Shown here: positions 60,356-64,000 of the stretch, in pieces
Position numbering within the stretch: the stretch's first letter is position 1
How the letters are laid out: every line of letters begins with the position of its first letter
Source of the DNA: Vicinamibacteria bacterium
Lineage (GTDB): Bacteria; Acidobacteriota; Vicinamibacteria; Marinacidobacterales; Marinacidobacteraceae
Assembly: GCA_963422395.1 (NCBI GenBank)
Contig: OY729431.1
Coordinates: 1,984,001 to 2,048,000, forward strand
Direction: 5' to 3'
DNA: 64,000 nucleotides
The notes under the pieces: generated by a model
The model's input: the letters and a program-made list of their open reading frames with translations, nothing else
Told to the model about the DNA's origin: nothing
Database searches by the model: none
Made by a program: the position numbers and the translations under genes

Positions 60356-62002
60356 ATGAGCCGGTCCAGGCAAAGGCGCCGCTCCGTTCCGCTGGCGGTC
60401 CACCGACCGGCGGCGGAATTCGCACGCGCCCTCGGCTATCGTTTCCGCAAGGTGCGCCGGCTCGAGGAGGCGCTCACCCACGGTTCCTACCGCAACGACC
60501 ACGATGTCGCCGACTACGAACGGCTCGAGTTCCTCGGCGATGCGGCGCTCGGTCTCGTCGTCACCGAAGCCATGCATTTCCAGCGGCCCGGCTGGCCGGC
60601 GAACCGGCGGCAGGACACCAAGTCGGAAGTGGTCAGCAACCAATCGCTCGCCGGCGCGGCGCGCTCCCTCTCCCTCGAAGAGGGAATCCGCGTGGGGCGC
60701 GGCCGCAGCGCCGGCGAGGCGGTCCGCTCCTCGGACCGGATCCTGGCCAATGTGTTCGAGGCAGTACTGGGCGCTGCGTACCTCGACGGAGGAATCCCGG
60801 CTGCACGCGGCATCGTGGGAACAGCGTTCCGCAGAGAATTCGCAAAGCTGGGCCTTCGGCCGCCGGCGGGGGCCGAGGGATGGTGGCGCCGCTCCTTCGT
60901 CCGGCTCTCCACGCTTCCCCGCCTGCTCGTGCGGGCGATGCGTCGGCTGCTCTTTTCGAGGAGCTCGCGGGAACGGTCGCTTCGCTACACCTTCGCCAGC
61001 CCGCCGCTGCTCCGCGCCGCCCTCGACGGCACTCCGGAGACGCCCCGGCGCTCGAGCGGCTCTCGTCGCGGTGGAAGGCGGCGCGGCGGAAGATCGCGGG
61101 GCGGTGCCCCCCGCCGGGGAAGACCCCCGGCTCACCGGACCGGAGCGCCGGGACAACAGGCGCTTCGTTTTCTCGGGCGCGATGCCATGCATCTCGTGGT
61201 CGCCGACGCCCTGCACCGCGATTTCCCCGACTGGGACGAGGGACGGCTGACCCTCGCCCGGATGCGCCTCCAAGAACGCGAATTCACCACCCGCATGTGC
61301 CGGCACTGGTCCCTCGAAGGCGAAACCGCCGCTGCCGAAGCCGAAGCGATCGTGGGCGCGCTCTATCTCGACGGCCGGCTGCCGGCGGTCCGGCGTGCCC
61401 TCGGCCAGCCGTTCCGCGAGGCGCTCGAGGACCTGCGGAATCCGGACCTCGAACTCCTGGACCCCAAGACCCTGCTCCAGAACCGGCTCGCGCAGTCCGG
61501 CCGCGAAGCCCCCCGCTACGAGATCCGCAAGCCGGGAGAGGGCGCGCGCCAGAGCGGGGAGATCGCGGTCACACTGCGCCTCGAAAACGGCATCGAGACG
61601 ATCGGTCGCGGGCGTGGACTGAAAGAGGCGGAGAAGGACGCCGCCGGGCGCGCGCTCGACCGCTTGGACGGCGGGGCCGGTCCGGAACCCGCCCGGGAGC
61701 GGAGATCCGGTGCTCAGCCGGCAGCCCAGCCGGTCCCCGGGCGGGCGGACGGCTCTTCCAGGCCCGCGGCGGGGACAGCCGGTCGCCCCGACAACCCGAA
61801 GGGCGCGCTACAGGAGGCGCTGGTGAAACAGGAGGGACGCCTCCCGGTGTACCGGCTCATCGCGGAAAGCGGGCCGGACCACGAAAAGAACTATGTGGTG
61901 GAGGTGCTCTCCGGGCAACGGCGCCTCGGCACCGGTTCCGGACGCAACAAGCGGACGGCGGAGGCCGAAGCGGCAGCGGCGGCGCTGGAGTCCGGAATCT
62001 GA
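60356..62002 (+). CDS. rnc: Ribonuclease III with tandem RNase III domains and two dsRBDs
   Basis: ALTHGS..ERLEFLGDA..FEAVLGAAYLDGG; second degenerate domain LRFLG..EGRLT..EAIVGALYLDG; dsRBDs DPKTLLQ..KEAE and NPKGALQE..GPDH..KRTAE. Confidence 0.85.
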   Translation: MSRSRQRRRSVPLAVHRPAAEFARALGYRFRKVRRLEEALTHGSYRNDHDVADYERLEFLGDAALGLVVTEAMHFQRPGWPANRRQDTKSEVVSNQSLAGAARSLSLEEGIRVGRGRSAGEAVRSSDRILANVFEAVLGAAYLDGGIPAARGIVGTAFRREFAKLGLRPPAGAEGWWRRSFVRLSTLPRLLVRAMRRLLFSRSSRERSLRYTFASPPLLRAALDGTPETPRRSSGSRRGGRRRGGRSRGGAPRRGRPPAHRTGAPGQQALRFLGRDAMHLVVADALHRDFPDWDEGRLTLARMRLQEREFTTRMCRHWSLEGETAAAEAEAIVGALYLDGRLPAVRRALGQPFREALEDLRNPDLELLDPKTLLQNRLAQSGREAPRYEIRKPGEGARQSGEIAVTLRLENGIETIGRGRGLKEAEKDAAGRALDRLDGGAGPEPARERRSGAQPAAQPVPGRADGSSRPAAGTAGRPDNPKGALQEALVKQEGRLPVYRLIAESGPDHEKNYVVEVLSGQRRLGTGSGRNKRTAEAEAAAAALESGI

Positions 62003-62087
62003 TGCCTTCCGGATCCGCCCCTATACTCCCGCTGCAACCCGGTACCGGCGGCGGCCGGGAGCCTGCCCCTCGGGAACACGAAGCGAA

Positions 62088-63299
62088 GTGAAGGAGCGCC
62101 TCAACTTCGATCTGAGCGAAGAACATCGGGCCACCGAGGCGCTGGTCCGGGAGTTCGGCGCCCGCGAAGCCGCGCCGCACATCCGGGAGAACGATGCGGC
62201 GAGAGTCTTCGACCGCAATCTCTTGAAGGGCATGGCCGATCGCGGCATCCTGGGCATATCCGTTCCCGAGCGGTACGGGGGTGCGGGGCTCGATTACATC
62301 TCGCTCGGCCTGGCCTGCGAGGAACTGGAGTTCGTGGACACCTCGCTGCGCGTGATCCTGTCGGTCCACGCCGGATTGAACTCGCTGTCCCTGCTCGCCT
62401 GGGGCAGCGAAGAGCAGAAAGAGCGCTACCTGAGGCCCCAGGCCGAAGGGCGGGCGATCGCGACCTACGGCCTCACCGAACCCGACGCCGGGAGTGACGC
62501 CGTGGGCATCCGTGCCACCGCCCGCCGCGACGGCGGGGACTACCTCCTCTCGGGGGAGAAACACTGGATCTCCCTGGCCGAGATCGCCGACAACTTCCTC
62601 GTGATCGCCTGGACCGACCCCGGCAAGAGAGCTCGCCGCGACCACTCGGGGCTATCGGCGTTCGTCGTGGAACGGTCGTTCGACGGCTTCGAATCCGGCA
62701 ACATGACCCACAAGTGGGGAATCCGCGCCGGCAACACCGGCTGGTTCCGCATGCACGATGTCCGGGTGCCGGCGGCGAACCGGCTCGGCGAAGAAGGGGA
62801 GGGTTTCAAGATCGCCATGTTCGCCCTGGACCAAGGGCGCTATACCGTCGCCGCCGGTGCCGCCGGGCTGATCCGCGCCTGCCGGGATCAGAGCGTCCGC
62901 TGGGCCCGCTCCCGCACCACTTTCGGCCAGGAAATCGGCGAGCATCAGCTGGTGAAGCAGATGATCGCGGGCATGGAACGCGACTACGAGATTTCGCGCC
63001 TCCTCTGGCTTCGCGCCGGAGAGCTCAAGAACCGGGGCCGCAGGAACACCCGCGAAACCTCTCTCGCCAAGTGGGTTTCCACGGTGGCTTCCGAACGGGC
63101 CGCGTCGGACGCGATCCAGATCCACGGCTGCTACGGGTATTCGGACGAGTACCCGGTGGGACGCTTCTGGAGGAATTCGAAGGGCGCGGTGATCTACGAA
63201 GGGACGAGGGAGATCCACACCCTGATGCAGGCGGACTACGCGCTCGGTTATCGGCAGGACCGGCCGACGCGGGTTTCGCTGCCGACCGCCTGCGGCTGA
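62088..63299 (+). CDS. Acyl-CoA dehydrogenase
   Basis: [34 protein letters not shown]. Confidence 0.95.
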   Translation: MKERLNFDLSEEHRATEALVREFGAREAAPHIRENDAARVFDRNLLKGMADRGILGISVPERYGGAGLDYISLGLACEELEFVDTSLRVILSVHAGLNSLSLLAWGSEEQKERYLRPQAEGRAIATYGLTEPDAGSDAVGIRATARRDGGDYLLSGEKHWISLAEIADNFLVIAWTDPGKRARRDHSGLSAFVVERSFDGFESGNMTHKWGIRAGNTGWFRMHDVRVPAANRLGEEGEGFKIAMFALDQGRYTVAAGAAGLIRACRDQSVRWARSRTTFGQEIGEHQLVKQMIAGMERDYEISRLLWLRAGELKNRGRRNTRETSLAKWVSTVASERAASDAIQIHGCYGYSDEYPVGRFWRNSKGAVIYEGTREIHTLMQADYALGYRQDRPTRVSLPTACG

Positions 63300-63336
63300 A
63301 ACCCGGGACCGGTTCCACAGGATGCCGTAGCCGCCG

Positions 63337-64000
63337 ATGTCGCCCGAGAATCGCCTCCGCTCCGTCGCCCCCCACTTCATCCGCACCGTCGAGGAGGCGG
63401 CGATCGCCTGCGCGCGGACCATCGGGCAGGGTGACCGCCATCGCTCGGACGCGGTCGCAGTGGCCGCGATGCGCCGCGTCCTCGACACCGCGCCGGTCCG
63501 GGGCCGGGTGGTGATCGGCGAAGGCGAGCGGGACGAAGCGCCGATGCTCTGGAGTGGCGAGGATTTCGGCAGCGGCGGCGGCGACTCACCGGCGGTGGAC
63601 ATCGCGGTGGACCCGCTCGAGGGCACGAATCTCTGTGCGACCGGCGGGCCCGGCGCCATCGCGGTGCTCGCCGCTTCGGAACGCGGCGGACTGCTCACCG
63701 CCCCCGACCTCTACATGGACAAGATCATGGTCGGCGCCGGGCCGCGCGAACTGCTGGGGACCGAAATCCGGCTCGATCACCCTCCGGAACGGAATCTCGA
63801 AACGGTCGCGGAAGCCGAAGGGCTCCCCATCGACGAGATCACCGTAGTGATCCTCGACCGGCCGCGGCACGCCGAGCTGATCGCCGGAGCCCGTCGCGCC
63901 GGGGCCCGGGTTCGGCTCATCGGGGACGGAGACCTGTCGGCGGGGGTAGCGTGCGCGACCGCCGGAAACGGCGTCCACGCGGTCATGGGATCGGGGGGCG
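63337..64000 (+). CDS. glpX: Class II fructose-1,6-bisphosphatase (partial)
   Basis: Hand translation: [42 protein letters not shown]; runs off the window. Confidence 0.93.
   Translation, partial: MSPENRLRSVAPHFIRTVEEAAIACARTIGQGDRHRSDAVAVAAMRRVLDTAPVRGRVVIGEGERDEAPMLWSGEDFGSGGGDSPAVDIAVDPLEGTNLCATGGPGAIAVLAASERGGLLTAPDLYMDKIMVGAGPRELLGTEIRLDHPPERNLETVAEAEGLPIDEITVVILDRPRHAELIAGARRAGARVRLIGDGDLSAGVACATAGNGVHAVMGSGG

Overview
High-GC bacterial chromosome segment. The gene set (ankyrin, NHL and TPR proteins, DUF885, VPS10-type hydrolase, AddAB, R-M cargo) would fit an Acidobacteriota-like, possibly host-associated organism, but that is inference. Bases 1-11 kb are a minus-strand type I R-M defence island: hsdM, a HEPN gene, a double nucleotidyltransferase fused to a frameshifted HsdS, a Schlafen/AlbA protein, an internally deleted DUF4365-like gene plus partner, an ABC-type ATPase/DUF4276 pair, and hsdR running off the left edge. 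The remainder is mostly metabolic or housekeeping: aromatic amino acid decarboxylase, phhB, pdxST, 2-oxoacid:ferredoxin oxidoreductase, ltaE, tkt, radical SAM, addAB, ftsB, acyl-CoA dehydrogenase and glpX. It also holds a Dam-like MTase/HNH pair, a desaturase/acyltransferase/GH3 mini-cluster and two small repeat families. The most unusual items are a bacterial RNase III with tandem RNase III domains and two dsRBDs, and the HEPN/MNT-MNT-HsdS coupling. All family calls come from motif recognition by eye, with no database searches. No rRNA, tRNA or CRISPR array was seen.
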